DNA of 20,000 bases from an uncultured virus (IMG/VR IMGVR_UViG_2576861513_000002) (IMGVR_UViG_2576861513_000002); one strand, 5' to 3'; positions 1 through 8,122 are shown, counted from the first letter of the stretch. Numbers and translations: made by a program. The notes: generated from the sequence alone by a model not told the origin.

Positions 1-763
1 CACCTGCAGGAACACGGAATTTCTTCATGAATCCGCTGGTCATGGTGGCCCAGGTGTTAACGTTGTACAGCTGCTTGCAGGAAAGAGCCGTTTCGATACC
101 CTCGGCAATTCCGAGGGTCGTCGCTACCGGGAACATGCGAATAGCGACAGAACGGGCATGATCCAGATAACTTTCGTCCTGAAGAGATTTCTGGCGCTTC
201 GCTCCGGCAGAATCCCTTAGTTGGGCTTTCCGGTTACCGTCCAGTAAGGTTCTGTGCAGATAGCAAAGCTCGCCTTTATCGTCGGTTGCGAGTGAATACA
301 GACACTGGTAAACCTTACCGCCGTAGCGTTGTTTATCATTGAACTTCACCGCCTCTTGTGGGAGCTGATAAATTCCCCTGGCCTGCAGATAATCCGCCCC
401 GGTAGTTCCTTTCAGGTTGACCAGTTTCGAAAATTTGGACAGAACCCGATCACGGGCGCTTACTGCATCTGAAGTGCGCGGGAACGCTTCGCGGGTAAAG
501 TTGTTACCAATCAGCTGGTCTATTTCCCTGCAAATTTCATTGAATGGCTTCCCTTGTGTCAGAGTGACAAGCTTCATTCCGTCACCGCTGCCGCAGGTAC
601 AGATCCATGTTCCCCGGCCATCCCGATCATCAATACGCAACTTTCCCCGCGCACCACATACCGGACATTCGCCTTTAAAATGATTTCTGGCATTAATGGG
701 GGGTAACCCGAAGTGCTCAAAAATCATTGCCCATTGACCTTTTGCTGCTTCTGCCGTCTTCAT
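1..763 (-). CDS. Phage DNA primase, P4-alpha-type Zn-binding domain + TOPRIM (3' part outside the window)
   Basis: Not in the ORF track. Manual translation from ATG 763 gives MKTAEAAKGQWAMIFEHFGLPPINARNHFKGECPVCGARGKLRIDDRDGRGTWICTCGSGDG (CxxC...CxC), with a TOPRIM-like TLGIAEGIETALS motif near the window edge. ATGA overlap with the helicase stop. Confidence 0.9.
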   Translation of the reverse strand, partial: MKTAEAAKGQWAMIFEHFGLPPINARNHFKGECPVCGARGKLRIDDRDGRGTWICTCGSGDGMKLVTLTQGKPFNEICREIDQLIGNNFTREAFPRTSDAVSARDRVLSKFSKLVNLKGTTGADYLQARGIYQLPQEAVKFNDKQRYGGKVYQCLYSLATDDKGELCYLHRTLLDGNRKAQLRDSAGAKRQKSLQDESYLDHARSVAIRMFPVATTLGIAEGIETALSCKQLYNVNTWATMTSGFMKKFRVPAG

Positions 764-2376
764 GCTCGTTTTCCTAACTGCTGTTTGATATCGCTAATCG
801 CTTTCTGTGCTTGTTGTACTGAGGATGGGGCAACCGTGCCTGATGCCTCCTGCAGGCGCTTGGCCTTCTCCTGCCCTTTCGCATACGCAATCAATTTGTG
901 CCGGATGAAATTAGAGACGGTCGGCGTGATCTCCATCGGGAAATCGCTCAACCCGTTAGGCCACTCGTCAAACCGTTCGCGAAAGGTATTTGCACACCAG
1001 CCATCGCTGACGGGCTTTTTCCCCTGCGATACGCGCTGGCGCTGATAGAATTTGATCTGACTCCACCAGGCCTGTTTCTCTGCCTTAGTGGGCTGATGCT
1101 GGTTTTTACCCAGCTTTTTGAGTTTGCGGCCGGTGTCGGTTTCGACGTCCTCACCGCCCAGCGGCTTATGCCCACATTTCGGGCATACATAGACGCCAGC
1201 TGGCTTCATGTAATGGCATTGAGAGCATTCGTGTGGCAGCTTTTCGGCCCGTTCCTCAGCTGCGCGGCGCGCGCTTTCCTCCATGCCGTCAGACTTACCG
1301 GGAAGATCGTCGTACTCGATTGAATCCGGATAACCCAAACGGTGTACGGTGCCGCTATGATCGAAGATGAGGCAGGACTCTTTACCCGGTGCTGTGCGCA
1401 GTCCACGGCCGAGCGCCTGCAACCAGCGAATTTCGCTTTTTGTTGGCCTGGCGTAGATGATGCAACGAACGTCACTATCGAAGCCGGCCACCAGAACGCC
1501 CACACTAACGATGATTTTCGTTGCACCGGTTTCAAAGCGGTGAATGATGGTCTGGCGCTCATCCACTGGAGTGTCGGCGGTCATGACCTCAGCATTAACA
1601 CCCGCCAGGTTAAACTGGATTGTCAGGTAATTGGCGTGGGCTACGTTGACGCAGAAAGCGATGGTAGGCAGATCCCGGCCATTCTCCAGCCAGTTCTGTA
1701 CGATGTCGCCCACCAGCGTAGAGCCGCACATGATTTCAGCCAGCTGCGTTTCGTTGTAATCGCTGCCGTACTCAAGCGATGCTTTGGTTTTAACACCTTT
1801 AAGATCCGGCTTAGTTGGCGCGTAAAATTCGTATTTACTCAGATCGCCACGCTGGATTAACTCGCCAATGGTGGTCGGCTTAATCAGTCGGTCATAGTAT
1901 TTGCCCAGGAACGGGGAAAACGGAGTACCCGACAGGCCAATCACCTTTACGCCTTTGCCGCGCAGACGTTCGATATCCTTCAGGATGCGTTTTTTACGCA
2001 GGTGTGCTTCGTCGATAATCAGCAGATCGATGTTTTCAGGAAAAACACGACGAATAAGCGTGTCGGCGCTGGCAATCTGAATTTTCCGGTCCGGATCGTA
2101 GTTCGGGTGATCTGCCCAGATATAACCGATTTCATCCCCCGGTAACCCATACTCCACGAACCGATTAGCCGTCTGACCGATCAGGATGGTGTACGGTGCA
2201 CAGAACAGGACGCGCATACCACGGCTGACAAACCCGGCGACGATGAAGGCGGCCAAACCTGTTTTACCGCTACCGGTTGGCGAGTACACCATGAAGGTGT
2301 CGTTTGCCTTCCAGTCACGGCGCAACATGTTTAGCGCTCGTTCCTGTGCAAAATTCGGCGTGATCGTCAGCTCCAT
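760..2376 (-). CDS. Phage SF2 (DEAD/DEAH-like) helicase with C-terminal Zn ribbon
   Basis: Walker A SPTGSGKT, DEAH, motif III SGT, motif VI QALGRGLR, CSQC...CPKC. Confidence 0.95.
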   Translation of the reverse strand: MELTITPNFAQERALNMLRRDWKANDTFMVYSPTGSGKTGLAAFIVAGFVSRGMRVLFCAPYTILIGQTANRFVEYGLPGDEIGYIWADHPNYDPDRKIQIASADTLIRRVFPENIDLLIIDEAHLRKKRILKDIERLRGKGVKVIGLSGTPFSPFLGKYYDRLIKPTTIGELIQRGDLSKYEFYAPTKPDLKGVKTKASLEYGSDYNETQLAEIMCGSTLVGDIVQNWLENGRDLPTIAFCVNVAHANYLTIQFNLAGVNAEVMTADTPVDERQTIIHRFETGATKIIVSVGVLVAGFDSDVRCIIYARPTKSEIRWLQALGRGLRTAPGKESCLIFDHSGTVHRLGYPDSIEYDDLPGKSDGMEESARRAAEERAEKLPHECSQCHYMKPAGVYVCPKCGHKPLGGEDVETDTGRKLKKLGKNQHQPTKAEKQAWWSQIKFYQRQRVSQGKKPVSDGWCANTFRERFDEWPNGLSDFPMEITPTVSNFIRHKLIAYAKGQEKAKRLQEASGTVAPSSVQQAQKAISDIKQQLGKRA

Positions 2377-2426
2377 TGTGCTGCCCCCGTGCTGATGAGA
2401 TAATAATTTTGTGATGTGGTTTTCAT
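2367..2426 (-). CDS. Putative 19-aa leader peptide MKTTSQNYYLISTGAAQWS overlapping the helicase start
   Basis: SD-like GAGGGGG 5 nt upstream of ATG 2426; its stop lies just inside the helicase 5' end. Confidence 0.4.
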   Translation of the reverse strand: MKTTSQNYYLISTGAAQWS

Positions 2427-2650
2427 GGATTCCCCCTCACATGGCTGGTGGCCTCCCCAAAGGCTGCCAGCCTCCCTTCTGATTCAGCTCCTCTGAAAAA
2501 ATCACTCTTCCAGGAAGAACCCTTTTCGTTTCTCAGCGCCTGAGCGCTTTGTACTACCTTGCTGATACAGGCGTTTTTTTAAATTGCGCCCTTAAGACAG
2601 TGATCTACCTAACCAATGGATCTCTCCTGTTGGAAAAGACCCTATTCCTG

Positions 2651-2801
2651 CCCCTACACCCAATCCCCCCTTACCCCCCTTTCCCTCTTCCCCATAAAAA
2701 CGTACTACTTCCCTAGTACATATGAGGAGTTGGGTCAGTTGGTTGCCAACCTGAACAGGCACCTTTAAGCCTGTTTCTGTTCGGGTACCTTTAAACCCGA
2801 A
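2651..2801. promoter_or_regulatory. Structured region: G-tract cluster plus hairpins, candidate replication origin or RNA regulatory element
   Basis: Six C-tracts at 2651-2693; hairpins at 2702-2719, 2754-2775 and 2780-2801. Confidence 0.4.
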
Positions 2802-3108
2802 ACAATGAGGAGCGCGATTGCGTTCCAGCCAGGGGAGGTTCGGCGGTATACCCCTGTAAAGCTCTGCCCTGATTTCTCACAAACAGGCGAAGCCTTGTGT
2901 TTGCTTCATGCCTTGCCCGGTTCTCCTTGCGGTAGGAAACGGGTTCAGCTTCGAACGTCTCCTGATACACAGCTGCATAACGCTGGATAGCTTTTTGTCG
3001 TGCAGTTGGTGTCAGGCTAAGTAACTGCTGCTTGATCCACTCGGCATCAGCTTTTGAGTGGGTATCCGGCAGCAGTGCGTTATCGAAGTTGCTCTCCGGT
3101 ATGTTCAT
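2791..3108 (-). CDS. Phage early protein downstream of cro (105 aa), unknown function
   Basis: ORF track 2791..3138; ATG 3108 (MNIPESNFDN...) preferred because it gives the smallest overlap with the cro 3' end. Confidence 0.75.
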   Translation of the reverse strand: MNIPESNFDNALLPDTHSKADAEWIKQQLLSLTPTARQKAIQRYAAVYQETFEAEPVSYRKENRARHEANTRLRLFVRNQGRALQGYTAEPPLAGTQSRSSLFRV

Positions 3109-3304
3109 CGGAAAAAACCTCATCCAGACTGGTTTCATATCCGAGCTGCTTAAAGGCGCTCACAATGCGTTTCCCAACTTCAATATCTGGGATTCGACGA
3201 CCAGTTTCGTAGTGGCTAACGGCCCCTTGAGAGCTAGCGATCAACGCTGCCAGCTCCCCCTGGGTCACTTTTGCTTTCAGCCTTAGGCTCTTAATACCGC
3301 TCAT
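3080..3304 (-). CDS. cro: Cro-like XRE HTH repressor
   Basis: 74-aa HTH (VTQGELAALIASSQGAVSHYETGRRIP), divergent from cI. Confidence 0.9.
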   Translation of the reverse strand: MSGIKSLRLKAKVTQGELAALIASSQGAVSHYETGRRIPDIEVGKRIVSAFKQLGYETSLDEVFSDEHTGEQLR

Positions 3305-3325
3305 TCGGATAGTTCCTATCTAAAT

Positions 3326-3398
3326 AATACATAACGTACTATACACACATAAAACAATAATACAAAATGGAAGTTGCTCAAAAAATACGGATTGTAAT
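3326..3398. promoter_or_regulatory. OR-like operator cluster, three AATAC-N5-GTATT-type sites
   Basis: AATACATAACGTACT 3326-3340, AATACAAAATGGAAG 3359-3373 and AATACGGATTGTAAT 3384-3398, between cro and cI. Confidence 0.75.
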
Positions 3399-3408
3399 AA
3401 TCATGTCT

Positions 3409-4071
3409 ATGAAACAGAGATGGCAGGACCTGGCGAAATCCAGGATGAAAGAAGTCGGAATGACTCAAGAACAGCTAGCTGAAGCACTCGGTATGACACA
3501 GGGTGGGCTAGGCCATTGGCTAAACGGAAGACGTGAACCTAACCTGGAGGTCATAGCAAAAATTTTTAAAATTCTACAAATGCCAGGTTTTGTGGTTGAC
3601 GCTGACGGCGCAGTGAGCGACGCAAGAGCTGATCACAATGTGTCATTTCACGCGATGAATGAATCGAAAGGAAGCTACCCCGTAATCAGTTGGGTCAGCG
3701 CAGGGGATTGGATGGAAGCAGTGGAGCCATATCATAGGCGCGCGATCGACCGCTGGTATGATACAACCGTGGAATGTTCAGAAGATTCATTTTGGTTAGA
3801 TGTCAGAGGGGATTCGATGACATCGCCAGCTGGGCTTAGCATTCCCGAAGGCATGGTTATACTGGTCGATCCTCAGGTTGAACCCATCAACGGAAAGTTA
3901 GTTGTCGCTAAGCTCGATGGGGATAACGAGGCCACTTTCAAAAAGCTGGTTATCGATGCTGGTCAACGATTCCTCAAGCCGTTAAACCCTCAATATCCCA
4001 TCATTCCCATAAACGGTAATTGCCGTATTATCGGCGTCGTGGTTGACGCAAAGATAACCAATCTGCCATAG
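3409..4071 (+). CDS. cI: CI-like repressor (HTH + S24 autopeptidase)
   Basis: HTH MTQEQLAEALGMTQGGLGHWLNGRREP, cleavage site VSAG, catalytic Ser in GDSM and Lys in ATFKKL. Start at 3409 or 3403; the ORF-track start 3367 lies within the operators. Confidence 0.95.
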   Translation: MKQRWQDLAKSRMKEVGMTQEQLAEALGMTQGGLGHWLNGRREPNLEVIAKIFKILQMPGFVVDADGAVSDARADHNVSFHAMNESKGSYPVISWVSAGDWMEAVEPYHRRAIDRWYDTTVECSEDSFWLDVRGDSMTSPAGLSIPEGMVILVDPQVEPINGKLVVAKLDGDNEATFKKLVIDAGQRFLKPLNPQYPIIPINGNCRIIGVVVDAKITNLP

Positions 4072-4076
4072 AGCAC

Positions 4077-4099
4077 AAGCCGCGCAAGCGGCTTTTTTT
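4077..4099 (+). terminator. Rho-independent terminator after cI
   Basis: AAGCCGC-GCAA-GCGGCTT followed by a T-run. Confidence 0.9.
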
Positions 4100-4169
4100 A
4101 TGCCATGCGCCCCCAAAAAAGACAAAAACACCTTTACAAACAGCAAGATAAAAATTAATACATCAGATT

Positions 4170-4211
4170 AATCCGTTTTGTATTGACGAGATTTAATACG
4201 TTATGTATTGT
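4170..4211 (+). promoter_or_regulatory. PL-like sigma70 promoter overlapped by two operators
   Basis: TTGACG (4183-4188), 17-bp spacer, TATTGT (4206-4211); operators AATCCGTTTTGTATT 4170-4184 and AATACGTTATGTATT 4195-4209. Confidence 0.8.
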
Positions 4212-4242
4212 TGTTTCATCGGCAACAAATGGAGCCCATGAA

Positions 4243-4569
4243 ATGAAAGCTAACCCGACAACTAAAAAAGTTTTCCAGCTTGTAGATATTCCTGATTACC
4301 GCTTCGCAGGTGACAAGGAAAAATGCAGTCATATTGATTTTGACCAAATCGCAACAGATTGCGATACAAAAACCATTTCTTTGCTAGAAGCTATCAATCA
4401 CTTAGGGATCAGCATAATGAACGAGGCAGAGGAAAAGAACATCGATAAAAATAAACTCATGATGTTATCTGGCGCAATTGCTGATTTAGCAGAATTAGCA
4501 ATTGCCACAAACAAGATCGCTATTTCATCTACTTATTCCTCCGGTTATAAGGATGCTGAAAATGCCTGA
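4243..4569 (+). CDS. Phage early hypothetical protein
   Basis: ATG 4243 with GGAG SD at 4231-4234; first gene after the PL-like promoter. Confidence 0.8.
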   Translation: MKANPTTKKVFQLVDIPDYRFAGDKEKCSHIDFDQIATDCDTKTISLLEAINHLGISIMNEAEEKNIDKNKLMMLSGAIADLAELAIATNKIAISSTYSSGYKDAENA

Positions 4570-4750
4570 TTTAACCTTGCAAAAAGCGGCTGCCAAAGCC
4601 TATCAAGCTGAAGTTGTCGCGCGGATGCTTGAGAACTATCCCCACAAGCTGACAGATTCTGATGTGGAAGCTGTGGCATCACTTTTGGCAGATCTTATTG
4701 GTCCGGTGGCTGCTTACCTTATTGAGGAAGAGTCAAAAAACCCAGCTTAA
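4562..4750 (+). CDS. Phage hypothetical protein (62 aa)
   Basis: ATG 4562 (MPDLTLQKAAAK...) overlaps the end of the upstream gene. Confidence 0.75.
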   Translation: MPDLTLQKAAAKAYQAEVVARMLENYPHKLTDSDVEAVASLLADLIGPVAAYLIEEESKNPA

Positions 4751-4816
4751 GAAATAATAAATATTTCTATTACAGGAGTAATCCTGGGGATTCTCACAAT
4801 CAAATTAAGGTGAATC

Positions 4817-4915
4817 ATGATTAATCGACAGGCATTTAAAACAGCCCAATTATTTAGCTCAATAGGTTATTGGTCTATAGGCATGCTTTATTTAAAAAAG
4901 GCATATGGCAAATGA
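4817..4915 (+). CDS. Small phage protein (32 aa) MINRQAFKTAQLFSSIGYWSIGMLYLKKAYGK
   Basis: Not in the ORF track; AAGGTG SD; ATGA overlap with the next gene. Confidence 0.55.
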   Translation: MINRQAFKTAQLFSSIGYWSIGMLYLKKAYGK

Positions 4916-5277
4916 ATAATTTCATTACCACTTATCGCCGACGAATTTTAAAGGCTGCGTTATTACGCCACCAGCGTAAAACCGGAAGCACCTGCATCAT
5001 TATCAATATGCCTAAGGGGGGAATAAACACCGTCGAATTAACAGAAATATTGCTTGATGGTCTGTTGAGACGATTCGAAAAGTTGGCTCTCAGTGAATAC
5101 GGGAATATTGACGGCGTAAAAGCCATCAGAGGAATTTACAGCAACGCCGTAGATGTGAATGGCAGCGGTGAGTTCCTGACAGAAAGCGGAAAGGCATTAA
5201 TCGACGATCTCATTGCTGAGCTGGTCGAGTTCGCCAAGAAACAAAAATCAGTCACAGCGGAGACAAGCCATGAGTGA
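4912..5277 (+). CDS. Phage hypothetical protein (121 aa)
   Basis: ATG 4912 (MNNFITTYRRR...), coupled to its neighbours. Confidence 0.8.
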   Translation: MNNFITTYRRRILKAALLRHQRKTGSTCIIINMPKGGINTVELTEILLDGLLRRFEKLALSEYGNIDGVKAIRGIYSNAVDVNGSGEFLTESGKALIDDLIAELVEFAKKQKSVTAETSHE

Positions 5278-5482
5278 TCAGACACCAATTATCACGCACG
5301 AACCAGTAAATATCGTGCTGACAATCGAGAACGGGAAAGTTATCCACGCGCGCCCGGTTCAGAACGGCGAGGTTACAGCATCGCTGGAGACTTTTTTATG
5401 GATGGCTGAACGCGCCGGTTACACGATCACCCCACCTGCAGGAGAGAAGGACAATGGCCCTGACAGCGATACGAATTCCTGA
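5270..5482 (+). CDS. Phage hypothetical protein (70 aa)
   Basis: ATG 5270 with GGAG SD, overlapping the end of the upstream gene. Confidence 0.75.
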   Translation: MSDQTPIITHEPVNIVLTIENGKVIHARPVQNGEVTASLETFLWMAERAGYTITPPAGEKDNGPDSDTNS

Positions 5483-5675
5483 ATGGGTGCACCTGCAGGC
5501 GGTCCATGTCCTCCGCCAGTTCAGAGCCAGGCGGATTCATCCCTGCCGTATGCACGGCTCCGGAAACCTGAGCCTGAGGGTTAATCGCCGCTGGCGGCTG
5601 CTGTCCCGAGACGGCGGCCAGAATTGGGAAGTAATGAGCCATGAACGATACAGCAAACTGAAGGACAGAAAATGA
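5454..5675 (+). CDS. Small basic protein, RelE/ParE-like fold suspected
   Basis: Arg-rich, with a LSLRVNRRWRLL beta-hairpin pattern like RelE/ParE; AAGGA SD. Confidence 0.55.
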   Translation: MALTAIRIPEWVHLQAVHVLRQFRARRIHPCRMHGSGNLSLRVNRRWRLLSRDGGQNWEVMSHERYSKLKDRK

Positions 5676-5896
5676 AAATTCAACATCAGGACTATGGCGC
5701 CGTGGCGAACATCGTTATCACAAGCACTCTGTTTGAGTTCCGTAAACATAACAGAGTGGTAGATGTCACGCTGCTACACACACCCGGAATCGTAGCAACC
5801 CGTAGCGGGATGTTCTTCATGAGAACGGTTTTATCCGGCAAGTCCCGGGACATGCTCCGTGCGTACAGAGCTGTTTTTCGGGAGGCATCACGATGA
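5672..5896 (+). CDS. Phage hypothetical protein (74 aa)
   Basis: ATGA overlaps at both ends. Confidence 0.75.
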   Translation: MKIQHQDYGAVANIVITSTLFEFRKHNRVVDVTLLHTPGIVATRSGMFFMRTVLSGKSRDMLRAYRAVFREASR

Positions 5897-5988
5897 AGTA
5901 TTTCCTCCTCTCTATGCTGTTTAGCCTGTTGCTGGTGGCCGTCGTTTTCGGCGCGCTGATTGAGTATAAATTTTTGATAGGTTTCTGA
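5893..5988 (+). CDS. Small single-pass membrane peptide (31 aa) MKYFLLSMLFSLLLVAVVFGALIEYKFLIGF
   Basis: Not in the ORF track; GGAGG SD at 5881-5885, ATGA overlap, ~20-residue hydrophobic stretch. Confidence 0.6.
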   Translation: MKYFLLSMLFSLLLVAVVFGALIEYKFLIGF

Positions 5989-5996
5989 GGTTAGAT

Positions 5997-6356
5997 ATGG
6001 GCGAAGTTAGCAATGGTCCGGTATCAAGTTTACCAGGGCACCTTTCGAGGGTTCCGGAAGGAACTAAATGCGATGTTCACCCCGATCGTGATGCCGTTCG
6101 CCGCGTTCAGGGTGAAACAGATTCATTTGGCTGCGAGTATCACGATATGTGCCAGGAATGCCACGTTGAATATGTGCGGGAATCTCAAACCGCCGATTAT
6201 TTCGGTAAATGCAACTGGTGCGGCAAACACGCCGAGATTTTAATCCCTCATAGGGATATTGAAGAAGGTAGCTACGGTCGCGTCTATGAGGTGTGCAAAC
6301 CCTGTATTGATGCTGAGCGCCAGCGCTGGGAGGAAGAAGATGAAGAACGGTGGTGA
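5997..6356 (+). CDS. Cys/His-rich putative double Zn-finger phage protein
   Basis: CDVH...CQEC...CNWC...CKPC; GAGG SD; acidic tail. Confidence 0.75.
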   Translation: MGEVSNGPVSSLPGHLSRVPEGTKCDVHPDRDAVRRVQGETDSFGCEYHDMCQECHVEYVRESQTADYFGKCNWCGKHAEILIPHRDIEEGSYGRVYEVCKPCIDAERQRWEEEDEERW

Positions 6357-6360
6357 AGCC

Positions 6361-6675
6361 ATGAACACAATTACCAATAAACAGTTAATAGCGCACATCA
6401 CCGCAAAGATGGCGCGGATAAAGCCAAATTCGCAGATTAACGACAACCTCCGCAATGAAGCGCTGATGAATAAGCGCGCGTTGGAAATCGCACTGGTCGC
6501 GCTAACTGCCGAACCTGCGGCCGGTGGTTACCAACCAGCGATCGACATCTTGCGCGACAGAGCTGCTCGCGAACTTGATGGTGGTTTTCGCGCGCATCAC
6601 AACGCCCTGATTTATGCCGCTAATGAACTGGAAAATGCCCAGGCTTTCGGGCAGGAGGTCAGCCATGAGTCTTGA
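6361..6675 (+). CDS. Phage hypothetical protein (104 aa) in the pre-xis accessory position
   Basis: ATG 6361 with GGTG SD, in the operon directly before xis. Confidence 0.7.
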   Translation: MNTITNKQLIAHITAKMARIKPNSQINDNLRNEALMNKRALEIALVALTAEPAAGGYQPAIDILRDRAARELDGGFRAHHNALIYAANELENAQAFGQEVSHES

Positions 6676-6874
6676 CTGTGTACCCCTTTCTACATACTGC
6701 AGGGACGCGGGGGAAACGGTAGAAGCCGTTAACAAACGGATACAAAGGGGGTTATGGAAGGAGGGAGTACATGTATTAAAAGTCGATGGCGTTAAAGAAC
6801 GCTGGATTGACTTAACGGAGGTTTCAAAGTGGGCAAGAAAGAACAAGGATCATTATCTCTCCCAAGAGGAGTAA
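6665..6874 (+). CDS. xis: Excisionase / recombination directionality factor
   Basis: 69-aa winged-HTH-like protein (ETVEAVNKRIQRGLWKEGVH...RWIDL), AGGAGG SD, overlaps the int 5' end. Confidence 0.8.
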   Translation: MSLDCVPLSTYCRDAGETVEAVNKRIQRGLWKEGVHVLKVDGVKERWIDLTEVSKWARKNKDHYLSQEE

Positions 6875-8001
6875 CCATCCGCCAGCATAAAACTGGCGAC
6901 ACTCTGGTTATCACGTTCACATACAAAGGGGTTCTGTGCCGGGAGCCCCTCTCCAAAATGGAAGCAAACGCGCGCGGTGTGAAGTACGCCGAGCGCCTGC
7001 TCGGGGAGATACAAAACCAGATCGTCAGTGGCACCTTTGAATATGCGAAATATTTCCCCAACTCCAAAAAGCTGGAGCTGTTCGGGGTGGTGAAGAAAAC
7101 CAAAAACATAAAGTCCTACCTGGACGAGTACCTGAAAATCTGCCAGAACCGCAACCTGTCCCCGTCGACTATAAATGGTTATGAAAAATGCCTGTCGGCG
7201 CTGTCAGCTCTGCATAAACTCCACGTATCAGAACTGACGCCAGCGGTCCTTAAAAACTGGATAGCCAGCCGGAAAACAAAGCTGAAAACGACCAGGAATA
7301 ACCTTTCGTTTCTGCGCAGCGCCATCGACGAAGCTGTTACGGATGGCCTGCTGACCATTAACCCGGTAACCCTCGTCAGCGCCAGCCGGTACCACGTGAT
7401 CGACAGCAGCCCGAGCGCCGACGATTACGAGGTTGACCCGTTCACGCCAGCGGAGACCCTCGCCATTTACCAGAGCTGCAGGTACCCGGAATGGGAAAAC
7501 CTGTTCCGCTTTGCTTTCAATACCGGTCTGCGGAGCTCCGAACTGTGCGCGCTGCGCTGGCCTGATCTCGACACCATCGCGAACACAGCCCACGTCCAGG
7601 CGGCCAGTGTCGTAGGGGTACTTAAAGGCACCAAGACAAAAGCCGGTACCCGTAAGGTGGAGCTGAACAGTGAGGCGCTGGCGGCCCTGCAGGCGCAGAA
7701 GCAATACACCTTTATGAAAAGTGAGTTCATATTCAGCGATCCGAAAACGGGAGAACCCTGGGCGAACGCCGACGCTATCCGTAAAAAAGCATGGGTGCCG
7801 ACCCTGAAAAAAGCTGGCGTGCGCTATCGTAACCCTTACCAGACGCGGCACACATTCGCCACCAAGCATATTAGCCAGGGCGTTAACCTCTTCTGGCTTG
7901 CCGGACAGATGGGCCACAAAGGGCCGGAAATGATATTCCGCAACTACGGTAAATACCTGGCTGAATATGACGGTAAAACCGCGATTTCAGCCGCGCTGTA
8001 G
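6829..8001 (+). CDS. int: Prophage tyrosine integrase with N-terminal arm-binding domain
   Basis: GTG start with GGAGG SD; catalytic motifs TGLRSSE, TKT, YQTRH, MGH and RNY. Confidence 0.95.
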   Translation: MGKKEQGSLSLPRGVTIRQHKTGDTLVITFTYKGVLCREPLSKMEANARGVKYAERLLGEIQNQIVSGTFEYAKYFPNSKKLELFGVVKKTKNIKSYLDEYLKICQNRNLSPSTINGYEKCLSALSALHKLHVSELTPAVLKNWIASRKTKLKTTRNNLSFLRSAIDEAVTDGLLTINPVTLVSASRYHVIDSSPSADDYEVDPFTPAETLAIYQSCRYPEWENLFRFAFNTGLRSSELCALRWPDLDTIANTAHVQAASVVGVLKGTKTKAGTRKVELNSEALAALQAQKQYTFMKSEFIFSDPKTGEPWANADAIRKKAWVPTLKKAGVRYRNPYQTRHTFATKHISQGVNLFWLAGQMGHKGPEMIFRNYGKYLAEYDGKTAISAAL

Positions 8002-8056
8002 CGGGGTAAATATTTCAAAATGTTGGACAGAATCAGGACGTTAGACAGACCTCAAT

Positions 8057-8118
8057 ATGCACGTAAAATGCACGCGAGGCCTGTCAAAGTGACAGAATCC
8101 TTTATTTTCAATGAGTTA
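8057..8118. promoter_or_regulatory. att arm: direct repeat ATGCACG x2 and an IHF-like site
   Basis: ATGCACG at 8057-8063 and 8068-8074; TTTCAATGAGTTA at 8106-8118 has one mismatch to WATCAANNNNTTR. Confidence 0.5.
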
Positions 8119-8122
8119 AATA

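Noticed and set aside
417..2395. Alternative-frame and antisense ORFs (417, 713, 898, 948, 1206, 1342, 2186)
   Set aside because: They lie within the well-supported primase and helicase genes and show no motifs
2805..3286. Plus-strand ORFs 2805..2990 and 3032..3286
   Set aside because: Antisense to cro and its downstream gene
4932..7917. Minus-strand and off-frame ORFs across the early operon and integrase, including 7228..7917 (229 aa)
   Set aside because: Shadow ORFs of a tightly coupled plus-strand operon
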